Positions 24,132-37,617 of a stretch of DNA of 64,000 nucleotides are shown one piece after another. The position numbers and the translations under genes are program-made. The notes under the pieces are model-generated. The model was given only the letters and a program-made list of their open reading frames with translations, searched no databases and was not told the origin of the DNA. How positions within the stretch are numbered: the first letter of the stretch is position 1; each line of letters opens with the position of its first letter. This DNA comes from Pavona decussata (lineage: Eukaryota): positions 4,836,001 to 4,900,000 of the forward strand of contig CDRNST010000006.1 of assembly GCA_977016875.1 (NCBI GenBank), in the 5' to 3' direction.

Positions 24132-27100
24132 TATAAAGAATTCAAAGTTCTATCTCAAAAGACTGTAATTTTGTCAGAATCGTTCAGAATATCCCCGCAC
24201 GTGTTTGGAGTCAGAATTCAAAGTCTTTACGCATGCTTGCGCACCAGAATACACTTCATGTAAATCTCAACGATAAGTCGCAATTTCCTACACTCCCCCA
24301 CAATGGCTCAGAGTGCAACACAACAAGAAATAAGTTCAACTCTGGCCATTGAAAACTAAACAGTTCCTAAACGACTAGGATCTACTTCTTAAATGTTCTG
24401 TCCTGCCCTTGCCGCTGCCCTTCGGCTTGGCAAATGATGGGCAATGCTCAGTTCCTCTTGATTGCATGGTGTAGGCTCATTTGTCTCCAGTGGGTAGAGC
24501 TTCTGTACAGGCCACTCAATGACTGTGCTTGGTTTGTTTCGGTCTCCGACCTTCACTGCAGCTCCACGCACTACTCCATCACTCCCCGTGATCGACCTTT
24601 CAACTCTGCCCAATCTCCAGAAGTTTCTCTGCACATTGTCTTCATGCACAATTACAAGATCTCCCACCTTGATGGTACTGGCTAGCTGCTGTTTCCCTGC
24701 CTCTAGATGGTGCTGCTTCCAAAGACTCAGCAGGTACTCTTTGCGCCATCTTGTCCAAAAATGATCAGCCAGTGTTCGCTGATACCTTGCTCTTTTTGTG
24801 ATGGTCTCTTGGGTACTGCTCTGACCTTCTCCACGCTGCTCGGTATCAGGGAGAGTGAGCAATCTTCTTCCAATCAGGAGATGAGAGGGCATGATCAGGG
24901 GTTCTTCAACATCCTCTGCATAAACGTACGTTAACGGCCGCGAGTTAAGAACTGCTTCCACCTCCATCAGAACAGTCATCAACTCCTTGAAAGTAAGCTG
25001 TGCGTTTCCAATTTGCTTCTTGAGACATCTCTAAGTAGACTTCACCATTCTCTCAAAGAAGCCTCCCTTCCAGGGAACCTTTGCCAAGTTGAATCGCCAC
25101 TTGATTCTTTTCTCATTCAGGAAGGTTGTTACTTCTGGGGCTTCAAACAAGGCTTGCACTTTACCCGATGCGGCCTTGAATGACTTGAAATTGTCAGACA
25201 CTAACAAACTTGGCACACCCCACCGTCCAACAAATCTTCTCAAACTCTGCAACACTGCCTGTGTAGTCATAGCTGTTGTCAGTTCCAAATGCACCGCTCG
25301 TGTCGTTGTGCAAGTATACAACGCAGTGTATACCTTAGTCATAGTTTTAGAGTTTGCAGACGCCTTTACATAAAGCGGGCCCAAGAAGTCAACACCGACA
25401 CTCGGAAAAGGATGCTTGTCTTCAAGTCTGAATTGTGGCAGCTGAGCAGTGGGTGGTGGTGGATAGGCTATTCCCTCTAGTCTGCGACACGTGTTGCAAC
25501 TTGAAACCACTGCCTTGACTATCTGTCTCCCTTTCGCAAGCCAGAAGTGAGTGCAAAGTTCTGCTAGGGTTTCCTTGACGCGGTCATGCATAACTCTTTC
25601 ATGACAGTCTCTGGTTATTAAGGTTGTAAGACGACAGGGAGGGACTAGAACAGGGCATTTAGCATCATGGTAAATCAGAATTCATCAGCCTCCCCTCGCA
25701 CCTTATGATTCCGTCACTGTCTGAGAAAGGTCCAAGAGTCGAGTTCAGTTCCTTCTGCTTCTGCTGATCAAAGGTTTTCTGCAGTTCCTTCACCCAAGTA
25801 ATTTCAGCAGTAAGAATCTCCTCCGTGTTTAGGAGTCCGAGCCGTCACTCCAGAGACAGTTTCCTAGCCCTCGTGTTGTGAATAAAGCGTAGAACATAAG
25901 CTGTAACTCTAAACAACCCTTGAGCACTGCTGAAGTTCTCAGGGGAGATCAGGCTCCCCAGTCCCACAGTCTTGGAAGTGGTCACATTTGTAAGGACGTC
26001 TTGCAGTTGTCTAGAATTTGCCTTCATTTCTTCTAGTACTCCATCTGGAGGGTTCTCAACCTTCTTGGGGGATGGCGAGGCCTCTTAAGACAGCTTCAAA
26101 CAGTAGGGCTCTTCCCACCACTTCACATCACTACTAAGAATTGAAGCTTTAACTCCTCGAAACGGTAGGTCAGCCGGGTTGTCACTTCCAGGACAGAACC
26201 TCCACTTCGCTGGTGGGACATGCTCACAAATTTCATCATCTCGGTTCTGCACGAACTGTTTCCAATCTCTTGTTTTCCCTGTTATCCAATAGAACGACAC
26301 TATAGAATCATTCCAGCAACACAGTCCGTCAATGACAAGAGATTTCTCCAGAACTTCCTTGATGTACACAGCTAGTCTTGACAGTATGACAGCACCCAGC
26401 AGTTCAAGCCTAGGAATCATTTGCTTTGATAAAGGCGCAACTCTGCTCTTCGAAGCGACAGTCTCGTTATGATTCTTGATTCTGTCACCATCATCAGATA
26501 TACAACAGCTACATAGGCAGTGTTAGACGCATCACTGAAGCCATGCAATTCTGCTGACAGAATGTTCCCTGTCACACCGGCCAAGTAGCAACAAGGAACT
26601 GCAATGTCTTCAACTCCTTGTAGGTCTGTAATCCAGTTGTTCAACTGTCTCATTGTTTTCTCCTCAAGTGGTTCATCCCAGCCTTTCTTGACATGATACA
26701 ATTCTTGGAGGAGGATCTTCATTAACACCAGGACTGGTGAGATAAGTCCGAGCGGGTCATAGACACTTGCAGTTATGCGAAGGACATTACCCTTTGTTGC
26801 TGGTAAGTTCAGAGCTCTATTAGAGAATGAGCTCAGTCTCATTATAAGAGTGTCCTCCCTCTGGTTCCAAATGACCCCTAAGGTTTTGTGCTCATTTTCA
26901 CTTCTTTCCGTTCCACAGGGTCCAGACAATGAGGTTGCACACGTCTCATTCTCTTCCAAAACAGATTTTGCTGGCACCTCAGAACTGCCCTCAGACTCAT
27001 TCATCAACCTCAACAACTCACTAGAATTTGACATCCACTTCCGAAGGTTAAAACCACCTTCCTTCATCCGGGACTTGGCCTTGCCATAGAACTCAAACCC

Positions 27101-30012
27101 ATCCAACACACCATCCACCCCAGTGCTCAAGTCGTCAACATACAGAGACTGAAGTATCTTGGCCACAAATTCTGGGTCGACCTCCATGCATCTTAAGATA
27201 TGATGCTTAAGTGTTCCATTAAGAAGGAAGGGGCTCGCGCTCACACCAAAGACGACCCTGGCAAATCTCTTCGCAATCAGGCTGGGGTTCTCCTTAGATA
27301 TGTCATCAATCCATAGAAAATGCAGGGCATCCCTGTCTTCTTCGTTCACTGTTACCATTAGGAACGCCTTCTCAATATCTGCTATCAGTGCTATCTTGTG
27401 CAGGTGAAATCGCACAAGAATGTCCAGTAGATTAAGAAGAAGAGATGGTCCAGTATGCAGGCAGCGGTTCAATGAAACACCATCAGTTGATTCTGAGGCG
27501 TCATAAACCACTCTGAATTTTGTTGTTTCCTTGTCACGTCGAAGAACCGCATGATGGGGCAGGTAATGTACTTTTCCCAGAGAGGCCTGATTCATTTGTG
27601 GGATGTCCTCAACAATTCCCCTCTGCATTTGGTCCTTAATCACGTTGTCGTACTCACAGAGAATCCCAGGCTGCTGTCTAAGTCGTCTCAAGGTGCCTCT
27701 AAGCCTGCTCAAACTCAGCTCATAGTTGTCTGGCAAGATAAGGTGTGAACTCTTCCAAGGTAGCCGCACTTCATATCTCTCACCATTGAAGGTCAAGCCC
27801 TCCAAAAACTTGTCAAGAACAGAGTCACATTTCTGCTTAATTCCAGTAGACTCAAGCTCCCAGAAATTTGACAACTGGTCATCAAGGTTCACATACTCTG
27901 TGTCTGTCCTCAGGGTGTGGGTGCTTACATAGTTGACTGCAATGGACAGAGAGCTACTTGGCCGATCCACAGGACCTGACAGCACCCATCCCAATCTTGT
28001 ATTTAAGGCTACGGGTCCAGAGCTTCCTCGTCTCACCTCCCCAGTGACTAGGTTCCAATAACTGTCTGATCCCACCAAGATATCCATGTCAAAGTCAAGG
28101 ATGTCTACAGAATTATCAGCAAGCTTCAGTGCCTGCAAATGATGATAAGACTGATAGGCAACTTCAATAGCTTGATTCCGAAAGGGTACACATATCACAG
28201 GTACTGCGTAAGCTGTCAGATAGACATTAAGATCACTGCTAATGCCTTTCAGGCAAAGCTGCACTACTTCACATTCTTGTATCTGGCCCTCTTCATTACC
28301 AAAGGTCTTGATCATCAACTTCTCAGAGCGAATAGCTGGCAGATTAAGGGATTCCTTCAGTCTACATGACATGTACGACCTCTGGCTGCAGCTGTCTAGA
28401 ATTACTCTCGCCTTTACAGATTTGTCAAGACCTGTTCCTGAGACTTCAGCTTGAGCAGTTGGCAACAATACTGTCGTTTTCGCATCAATGTACAGGGTTG
28501 ATGTCTGATGACTAGCCCCTTGATCATGACTTGGAGAATGGTAGGTGTCAGAGAATGTGGTCTGCGGCATTCCTGGCTGACTGGCCACAGTTGGTGTTGC
28601 TCTGCCACAAATGCTAACATGGTGTCGACTTCCACACTCCTTGCATCTCAACTTTGACTGACAGTTTCTGCTTAAATGATGTGCCCTCAGGCATACATAG
28701 CATTTTCCTTTCTTTCTCAAAATGCTCAACGGTGTAGACACATCTACTGCTACTGGACAGTCAACTGAGGGATGTTGATTTCCACAGAAAGAGCATGTTG
28801 GGGGCCCCTGGTTAGGCCCATCAGTTGAAGACACTAGTGTGGCAGCAGTCGGAAGACCCTGACCTCAAGCTTTCTTAGACTCACTCCCCCTTTCGTTTGG
28901 TCTGCTCATGAAACTACACTGAGACTTTCCCTGGCCCCAACCTCTTCCTTGAACAATTTTAGCAATTTTTCCAGATGCCAGATTCCACCACAGTTCCTCA
29001 GGCAACTTGTTCATCATCACTGGCACCAATTAACTGCCATAGGTGTCAGAGGCTATACCAAAAGCCTCCAGTCCTCTAACATTAGCTTCAACCTTATCAT
29101 AAATCATTCTTATTCGCTTAATGTCAGTGATCACTGTTTCAGCTGGCAGTTGTAGAAGGGCTTCCATGTGTGAGCTAATAATTAGCTGCTTGTTTTCAAA
29201 TCGTTCAGTCAGAATTTCCACGGCACTTTTATAATTCGACTCAGTCAGTGATAGACCAGATACTGAAGCTAGAGCTGCACCTTCCAATAAACTTTGCATA
29301 TAATTGAACTTATCAACTTGGTTCAACGATGGATTCGTATGAATGGCAGAACTGAAGGAGTCCCAAAACCACTGCCACCCCTTAGGATCATCAGAGTACC
29401 TTTTAATAAACAGTTTGGGCAATTTTGCACTGGAATGTAATGGAACGGACCCACCTGGAGATCCCTGGTGCTGTTCCTTTGCTTTGGCTTCTTCGGGCTT
29501 CAAAATTTTTTCGGCCTTGCAGACGGTATGCGTAATACGATGTTCAAATTCGCTTGCCCTCGATTTCCTTTTCCAAATCGGAAGACCCGTCATTACACAA
29601 CAGTTCCAAAATACGGCTGTCAAGATTCTTGAGGCTATCAGCTTTCTCTCCTAGCGGTGCAACGTTTGATTGAAGAATTTCCATTGACGATGGATCAGAG
29701 GTTTCCAAGATTTCTTCAGTTTTGTGGAGGATTTTGCTGACATAGCTTTGGTTCGCCTCGCGGATACGTCGCTTCTTAGAGAGTTCATCTTGGATCTGTT
29801 TCTGCTTTGTCTTCGATAATTCAGACATTTCTCATCCAGCTCAAAAGGACCATATAAAGAATTCAAAGTTCTATCTCAAAGGATTGTAATTTTGTCAGCA
29901 TCGTTCAGAATATCTCCGCACGTGTTTGGAGTCAGAATCGAAGTCTTTACGCATGCTAGCGCACCAGAATACACTTCATGTAAATCTCAACGATAAGTCG
30001 CAATTTCCTACA
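24132..30012 (-). mobile_element. Full-length BEL/Pao LTR retrotransposon, defective
   Basis: LTRs at 24132-24292 and 29853-30012, 5-bp TSD TCTAC, degenerate tRNA-Tyr-type PBS (TGGTCCTTTTGAGCTGGAT), PPT GTGGGGGAG; gag, CCHC, PR (ILDSCSQRSY), RT (ADIEKAF, YVDD), RH (HGFSDAS), IN (VDFLGP, SDN). Confidence 0.95.
24389..29828 (-). pseudogene. BEL gag-pol polyprotein broken by stops and frameshifts
   Basis: ORF pieces 29544-29828, 29030-29623, 26417-28834, 26085-26420, 25031-25591, 24389-24982 lie in BEL domain order. Confidence 0.92.
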
Positions 30013-31574
30013 TCTACTATGAGTCTGGGTCCTACCTGGAGAAACGTGATGTCTTTCAAGTGCTCCCACTTAGTGTTCAACTTACTCCAATATACCACTT
30101 GCATGTTCCCTGTCACTCTTCTCAGTTGTATAGGCAGAGGCCGATTTAGACACTTTTACATCTAAACTGCCAATTGTGAATTCCGCAATTTTGATGTCAA
30201 GCATCTCTTGGTTGTCATTCAGCACGTTTACTGTGAGTTGACGAGGTCTCCCCTCGTGTCCAAGTTCAGCTGCAACGTCACTGTTAAGATAACTCCTACT
30301 GCTGGCATCATCCAAAGGGCCTTTACTTTTAATCTTCGTTTTTCACTGGTCAGGTACACTGGAACAGTTCTCAATGCCATTAACTCGGAAGACACCGTTG
30401 ATTTCCCTCCAGTTGTCCTTGTGAGTGTTTGCTGATTTGACTCCCCTTTTCTGTTTTAATGACTTGTTGACGCGCTTGGTGAATTCAAGGTACTTTCTTC
30501 TTCAGAATTCACTTCTGCTGCTGAGTTTTCTTGAAGAGCCCAATGATGGTGAGAACGACACCCAGCTATCCCACAGACTCTACTCTTGAAACAGGTTTAC
30601 CTATGGTGTCCTTGACTGAGACATCTAAAGCACAGTTTGTGGTTTGTAGCTATCTTCCATCTGTCACTCACTGTCATTTCCTTGAAGTGTTCGCAAGACC
30701 ACAGACCATGGGGTGGGTCACACACCTTGCACTTCATCACATGTTTTTCCTTGCAACTGCAGCCCTCCTCCTTGGTAAAAAAAAGTTCTTTCTTTTTTTC
30801 GCTCCCTCTTTAGTAACACCAGTTATCGTCTCATAAGCTGTGGTCATAAACTCTGCCTCTCAGTCAATGAACTTCCTCAGTGTTCTTTCTCAGTCTTATG
30901 GTTATTGCAAACCCATTGTTTGTATTTTGCAAAAAGAGTCTTGTTGAACTTGTGTTGGAGAGTGATGTCGAGTGACCCACTCCCAAGCTCTGATTCCTGA
31001 TTCGCCTCAGGGAGGCTAACAACTATAGCTCCAGGAGCCCAGCAAACCTCCCTAAATTCTTCTCATTTTCTTCTCTCAGCTGTGTAAAGGCATCTAATTC
31101 TTCAAGGCCAGGTGTAAGCGTCTTGCGTTTTCCCCTGTACTTCCTATCCAAGCGAGACTTGGCTGCTTCATAGGCCAATGCAGAATGGCTCAAATTTTCT
31201 ATAATTTTGAGGGGTTCACCTTGGAGACACTCAAGCAAACGTAATAATTTGTATTCAGGTGTAGCTCTGGCTTTGTCAACACATGAGTAGAACACAGCCT
31301 TCCAAGCTTTGTAATGCTTTGTATTTCTAGTAAATTTCGGAATGCTCCCTCTCTTAAGCACAGCTGAAGAATCAACACTGACCTGTTCTTTGCAATAACC
31401 ATGGGGCAGCTTACATCAGGGGCAGGGGTCACAACTGAATTTGGCTGCCACTTGACAAGGGCTGTGATGAGGTGTACGTTGTTACTGGGGGTACGTAGAG
31501 GCTCGGAAGAAGTACATCTAAGGGTGAAGAATGAACTGAAATGGGATGGGCCAAATCCCCAGGTGTATTCAAGG

Positions 31575-32365
31575 GTTTTTTTTTTTTAAGGGTTTTTTTT
31601 TTTAAGAAAGGATTTTTTATTAACGCTAATAATACAATACTAAACACTACTTACACTTATTGACACTAATAGTGATAATTAAAGTACTGACTGTACTTAC
31701 AATATAAGCTTACTATACTATACTATATGGTACTAACAAATACACTATTTACAATACTAACAGTATTTTACTACTAACTATCTTTTATACAACTTTATAA
31801 CTGACATTACTTACATTACAGTACAAAAGCAACTTACATTGCACTACTAAAAGGTACCTAGATAACAACCCATCCACACACTCTCCTTTTTTTATTTTTA
31901 ATTAATTACAATGTTGCAGTATGAACAGGTAAGCGGAGAAAAGAAACGAGCAAAATAAAACAACGACAACAATAGAACCACAGTAAAAGAGTAGTGAAAA
32001 GCGATTCAGGGGGTCTCTCAAATAACCACGTTTTCGATGAATTTGTTGCGAATTAGTAGTTTCCATTTAATCTTGAAGTGCTTTAGATAACCTTTTTCCT
32101 TGGCAATATCATATTCGATGCGAGCTTTTTCACGTAATTCTGTTTCAAAGTATTCAAGGGTTGGTGTTGAGAATTTAAGGCTTGCTCCACTATTGCTAAC
32201 AACTGAGGCACTGAGCTTAGAGCAAAAAAGGGAGTTGATGAGTAGACAAACCCGCTTAATGTCAAGGACGTTTTGTGCAATGCTATTAACAGTACCAGAA
32301 GTTGATAGCATAACTCTGAAGCTTACGTAGAAATCTGAATTCCCGAGGAAGAACTGCGATCAGTT
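31575..32365 (-). mobile_element. L1/Tx1-like LINE 3' fragment with poly(A), inserted in the outer BEL
   Basis: ORF end ...ELREKARIEYDIAKEKGYLKHFKIKWKLL resembles Tx1 C-termini; AGT-rich 3' UTR; poly-T runs at 31575-31602 on the plus strand. Confidence 0.6.
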
Positions 32366-33207
32366 AACCGTTGTTCCAACATTGGCACAATTCCAACCTT
32401 CTCTCTTTGTCCTTCTGGTTTTGGCACTTGATCACTTGCTTTACTCTCAGCAGACTACACACTTTCCTGACCATGTTCCTTCAGCATTTTTTCTTTGCCA
32501 AATCCCCGCTCCGGCTCTCTCTGGTACTCCTGATAGGTTTTCTTGAGCTCTTCAACAACTTCACTAAGTTCCTTTCCTTGCCTGCTAAATACATCCTTGA
32601 GTCGTGCTGAGTGTTCTTTAATTGATGATTGTCTGATCTGGAAACAATTAAAGTCCCACTTTTGCTCAGGCTGCTGTTTAGATATTCTCTAACAATCTTT
32701 TCGACTTCATAAAAATTGTCTTCAAGACCTTCCAGTTCACATGCTATGGCACAAAGTTACGCTGAGTTGCCCGCAGTAGCGTTATACATTTCTAAATTTC
32801 CCACTGCACTGACCATATCCTCAAAAGCGGTAGAAAGAAGGTCAAAACTTTCCATTACCTGCATGTTCGAACACAGTCCATCTTCCACTGTCATGGTCAG
32901 TTTGGTTATTGTTCTTGTATAGGCGCCTTTGGATTTCGCTTTATCTTGCTTCAGTCGTTCAACCATTCCGTGTAAACAACATTCCAAAATTCGCTACTAA
33001 ATCCTGATAAATTAAGGTCAAAACGTCATCAATTCAACCTCGCTCTGTTACGAGATGTTCGTCAGGATATTTGGTCGGTTCATTGTCAACAATAACATCT
33101 AAGGCAGTTCAAAATTTAAGGTTTAATGCCAAAAGCCTTTCACTTGTTTGCAAAACACAGCGGACCTAAACAACCTCATGCTTTCTCTTTGGCATAACGC
33201 ATATGCG

Positions 33208-33292
33208 CATAGACTTTAGTGATATTCCTGTGCAATTAGGCCGATGTGATAACATCAGCCTAATTGCACAGGAATACCACTAAAGTCTATGA
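33208..33292. repeat. Near-perfect ~85 bp palindrome (tiny MITE)
   Basis: CATAGACTTTAGTGATATTCCTGTGCAATTAGGC...GCCTAATTGCACAGGAATACCACTAAAGTCTATG. Confidence 0.8.
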
Positions 33293-34229
33293 TCTTCTGA
33301 ACATGTTGCATGGCTCAAAACCCTCCTCCAAAGCACCATTTCATGTTCCACTTGGCTAATTCCCAAACTCACACAAGGCACTGGTCAACAACTGTATTAA
33401 TGTCCTGGATGCAGGTCAGATCATATCACTCTTTACATATCTTTAATCTTTAAATATTAATGACAGCCGAGGTGGCCTCTCTTATAAGCCTGGTGGTTTC
33501 TTGAGGTCTTCTCGCCATTATTGTAAATTCTATCATTTCTTCTTTGTTTAGAAAGGCAAATAAATAAATAAATGATGATATTGATGAAAGTTGGAGTTAT
33601 CTTCTTTGACCCCAAGGGTGTTTTACTGGAATATTTTTTAAAAGGGAGGAGGTGCAAACCTCATCAATACACAATTTAATGTGGAAGAATTTTCCTTTTG
33701 GGCATTTTTGTCTCCTGGCACTGCAAAATGCAGTCATTTGGTATTGCTTTCTTCTTGCATATACAGATAGTGTCGCAAGACATTGCTACACAATAAAAAT
33801 CATAGCCCTTTACAGTATCTTTCCCTTGGTTACATCAAGGAAGAATTTTAATCATAGTAGATTGGGCAGACCAGAACTTTTTTTATTTTATTTTATTATT
33901 TTTTACCAGTTTTACTGCATGTACAACAGTATTGTGAACTTACAATACAACACTTAAAAACTACACTACACTATTACAATTTACTAACATTACTGTACAG
34001 GACTTGGGTAGTTGTGTTATCCCAATAAAGGAGCAGAGAAAGAACTTGATACTGCACCCACCTGCTGGGAATCGCATTTTGGCGCTTCCTCCATGTCCCC
34101 CTAGAGAAAAGGGGCCTTCAGCCCCAAATGAAAACCCCTCTGGCTTCTGCATCAGGACAACCTTTGACTTTTCTTTTTGAATGAATCTTTTTAAGCATTG
34201 TTACTTTTTTGTTGACTCCTTTCTAAAAG

Positions 34230-34388
34230 GTGACGAGAGAGGAGGTGAAAAAAGAAGTTAAAAAGTATACAGTAAAGCCCCCAAAAGATTTAAGGAGTAA
34301 ATTTGAAGCCAAAGTTGAAGCAAAGAAAAAGGCAGAAGAAGAAGATAAGGAAAGAAAACGACGTGAAGAGGAGAGTGCAAGAATTGCA
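34230..34388 (+). CDS. DRC7: DRC7 coding exon 5 (coiled coil)
   Basis: VTREEVKKEVKKYTVKPPKDLRSKFE...ARIA; GTAAGT donor. Confidence 0.92.
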
Positions 34389-34942
34389 GTAAGTTGTAAC
34401 AATTATGCATGTACACAAACAAATAATAATTGAAGGATTGGTGTAGACTTAATACTATTAGTGGAAATTTGGCTGTGAAATCCAAATTGCCCCCATTAGC
34501 TGTAACGTGGCACACAAATGTGTTATTATGCAAGAAGTACAAAGAAGTACAAGACAAAATTTGAATAACTTTTAACGTTTTCCTGACGCCTGAATCAATG
34601 AAGCAAAGCATGGATTATTTTTGTTGTTAGCCTTTTAAATTGGAACAAAAGGAATCAACTGGGCGTCAGATCCACTTTTGTCCTTAGTTACTCGACATTA
34701 TTTGCAAAGTCATAGGCTAAATCTCCTCTAGGCCAAAGCAAAATCATGGAACGTGATAATCAACCTGTATGCTAAACTACAACAGTATTAATGTACTAAA
34801 AATAAAAAAAAATGTTATCAAAAATTTTCGTCCAATATCCATCTTAATGAAAGGTACTTTCAAACATAATTCAATCAATTATAATTAACCAAAATAAAAA
34901 ATTTTACTACAACTTGTTAGTTATTATTAATGTACATTTTAG

Positions 34943-35161
34943 GAACTGGAAAAACCAAAGCCAGACAAACTTCATGGTTTAAGGGTTCACTGCTGGGTGC
35001 TTGTCTTGTCTGGTAAACGGGAAGTTCCTGAAAGTTTCTTCATAGAGACCTTGACGGGGTCCTGCCACCCTCTGACGCACAGTGCTTTTCTTGGTATTGA
35101 GAGTGTCTGGAATCACAAAAACTACTGGGTTAACATGCAGGACTGCTCACATGGTGTTCAG
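34943..35161 (+). CDS. DRC7: DRC7 coding exon 6
   Basis: ELEKPKPDKLHGLRVHCWVLVLSGKREVPESFFIE...FLGIESVWNHKNYWVNMQDC...; AG/GT boundaries. Confidence 0.96.
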
Positions 35162-36158
35162 GTATGCTGCTATGTGTCCAGGGAAATAAATCTTCTCACA
35201 AATCTAAACAATGCTTTATGAGTTGGAGGATTTGATTGAAAACTACAAGTATGCTGAATTGTAAATTGCCTGTAAAATTTAAACTCAGTCAGGTCATCTT
35301 TATTTAGACAGTGACCCTTTCAGCACTAGGCTGTTATCTATAGAGGTCCTGATAATTTATGACTACTACAAAGTAAAAAGTAGTTAAACATAGTATATGA
35401 TTAAGGACGTTCGTGCGAAAAAGTTCTGCCCCACAGATTTTTTTCATCTTTAGGTATGGTCAGCTAATAAGTGTCTGACCTAAGATCTTACTCTTTCTCT
35501 TGGGTCTGTTCTGTCAGCCCCCTGTCCATATAGATATTGGATATGACTGTAGAAGAACATTGCACGAGTTACCCCTTGTAGCCTTTCACTTTCTCAATGA
35601 TTGTGTTACTACATGACAGAGCTAGAAAGCCTTTCCTAGTAATGTCAGCCTTTACCCAGTTTCTAGTTCCTGAATATCCGAGCATTATTACCATAATATT
35701 AAGGCTGTCAGTGTCATTAACTTCGTAACAATTTTTTTTTTCTGACTACCATTAAAGTTATTTTCATTGCATTTAACTTTTTTTAATAATACAAGGTATT
35801 TGCGTCAGATTGGAGAAAGAAGAAGTCTTTCTCTGTAGCAAGACAGCCACGGGTATTAAAACATGAAGGAACTTCTTCGTAATGTTTTAATACAGCTTTT
35901 AATTGGTAAATTTTATTGGTTAAATGTTATGTATGAGCCCATGATAGGATTTTCAGTAAACCGTGCCACCAGTGGACCTGGCAAAGAAGGCAGAATCCAT
36001 ACGTAAACACGGACGAGACAGACAAACGGAAGGATGAATGAACACAAAGCCGGACCACAAAGGACACTGAATGACTAACTTAATAACTAGACAGGATGTC
36101 CCGAGGACACAAGGCAAAGTGAACAGACACAACCGAATGTCCGCACGACCGAAGGAAC

Positions 36159-37110
36159 AGTACTAATTGCCAATTTCACGGTTGTTTTTCCGAATTGGGG
36201 GCTTCTGTTTGTTCTTGAAATACTTATTAATAATTAAAGGCTGTAAATTAAATTAATGAAAAATTGCAGAAAGAAGAAACTTAATTTTAATGACTTAAGT
36301 GCGCTTAGCATAGTTAAGTTTTTTGTCAGATATTTTTGTCAGATCAGAGAAAGAAGTCTTTCTCAGTAGCATGACAGCCATAGGTATTAAAACATGAAGG
36401 AACTTCTTCTTACTGTTTTAATAGACCTTTTAATAATTGAAGGGGTGTCTGGAAAAAAAAGCCCTAAGTGACTTCTGATAAATCGTTAGATTCTCCTTCC
36501 AAATTGCCTTGTATTCGCTTGTGAAACAAGAGGAGAATTTGACCTTACATCAAAAGTCGCTTGGGGCCTTATTCCGCGCACCCCTTCAATTGGTGAAATT
36601 TTATTGTTTATAACAAGTTTACGCCCATGAATAGCAACAAGAACTGTACATACGGAGGAACAACTGAACAAACCAGAAACGCAAATAAACGAACAAACGG
36701 AAGCCCAAGCAAACGAACATCTGAGCCAGCGAACGAATAGCCAAATGACCGAGTTAACGATCAAACGGTCCCCCTTGTCGCCGGCAAAAACAAACGAACG
36801 AGAAACCGAGTGAACGAACCCGCGAAACTAGATGAATAGCTGAACGTTGACCGAGTGGACAGCTGTTTTGTTTGCAGTTCTGTGCGCTTATAGCAATTGA
36901 TTGTCTGATATTATTTCTCCGATCTGACACAAATATCTGAGAAAAAAAGTTAACATTAAATTAGCGCATTTATGTCATTTAAAATTAAGTTGCTTCTTTC
37001 TGCAATTTTTCATTAATTTAATTTACAGCCTTTAATTATTAATAATTATTTCAAGAACAAACAGAAGCCCCCAATTCGGAAAAACAACCGTGAAATTGGC
37101 AATTAGTACT
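36159..37110. mobile_element. Non-autonomous DNA element with ~150-200 bp TIRs (AGTACTAATTGCCAATTTCACGG...)
   Basis: Long inverted arms visible directly; contains the nested palindromic MITE at 36435-36591. Confidence 0.8.
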
Positions 37111-37617
37111 CAAATGTAATTAATGTCCCTAAATGTGATAAAGGTCCTAAGTGTAATAACTTTCAGCGCTAAATGTAATAAAGGTCCTAAGTGTAATAAC
37201 TTTTGGCCTTAAATGTAATAAAGGTCATTGACTGAGTGCCATCACGGTTTGACCTCACGTTCATGTCTTTAATGATTGAATAGTGATGGCGTCATCAGTC
37301 AAATGGCCAAAATTCCCCTTCCTTTGCTAATTTTCGCTTGAATTTATTTTGTCAATGTCTCATGGTAGCAGCATACAACTTAAAACGATCTTGCTTCATC
37401 ATGCTGAAATAATGGCAAGTTAACGCGAATTTTCAAAAAAAATTGCGTTAATTTCCGCGTACCTTAGTTTGAAGCTTTTGCAAATAGTGTTTGTGTTTAA
37501 ACAGTCAGAATTTTAAGTTGAATTAGATTGTAGTGTTTGGAAGCTCATTTTCGAAGACTATTCTGTGACTCATTTATCAAAAATAGTACTGAAGCTTATA
37601 TGGAAAATTTCTAATAA

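Larger units (their letters stand above)
23200..33300 (-). mobile_element. Older degenerate BEL/Pao element (host of the younger BEL and an L1 fragment)
   Basis: Gag DUF1759-like (IPKFT...WKAVFYSCVDK...EYKLLRLLECLQGE), protease-like (DDASSRSYL; GPRLIV|DLLIGVDHADLL joined across the inner insertion), YTIGMPWK; degenerate iMet-type PBS GCTCTGTTACGA at about 33043. Ends approximate. Confidence 0.75.

Noticed and set aside
37111-37225. Tandem AAATGTAATAA repeats as CRISPR or iterons
   Set aside because: Head-to-tail units mirrored at about 43.3 kb, consistent with transposon subterminal repeats.
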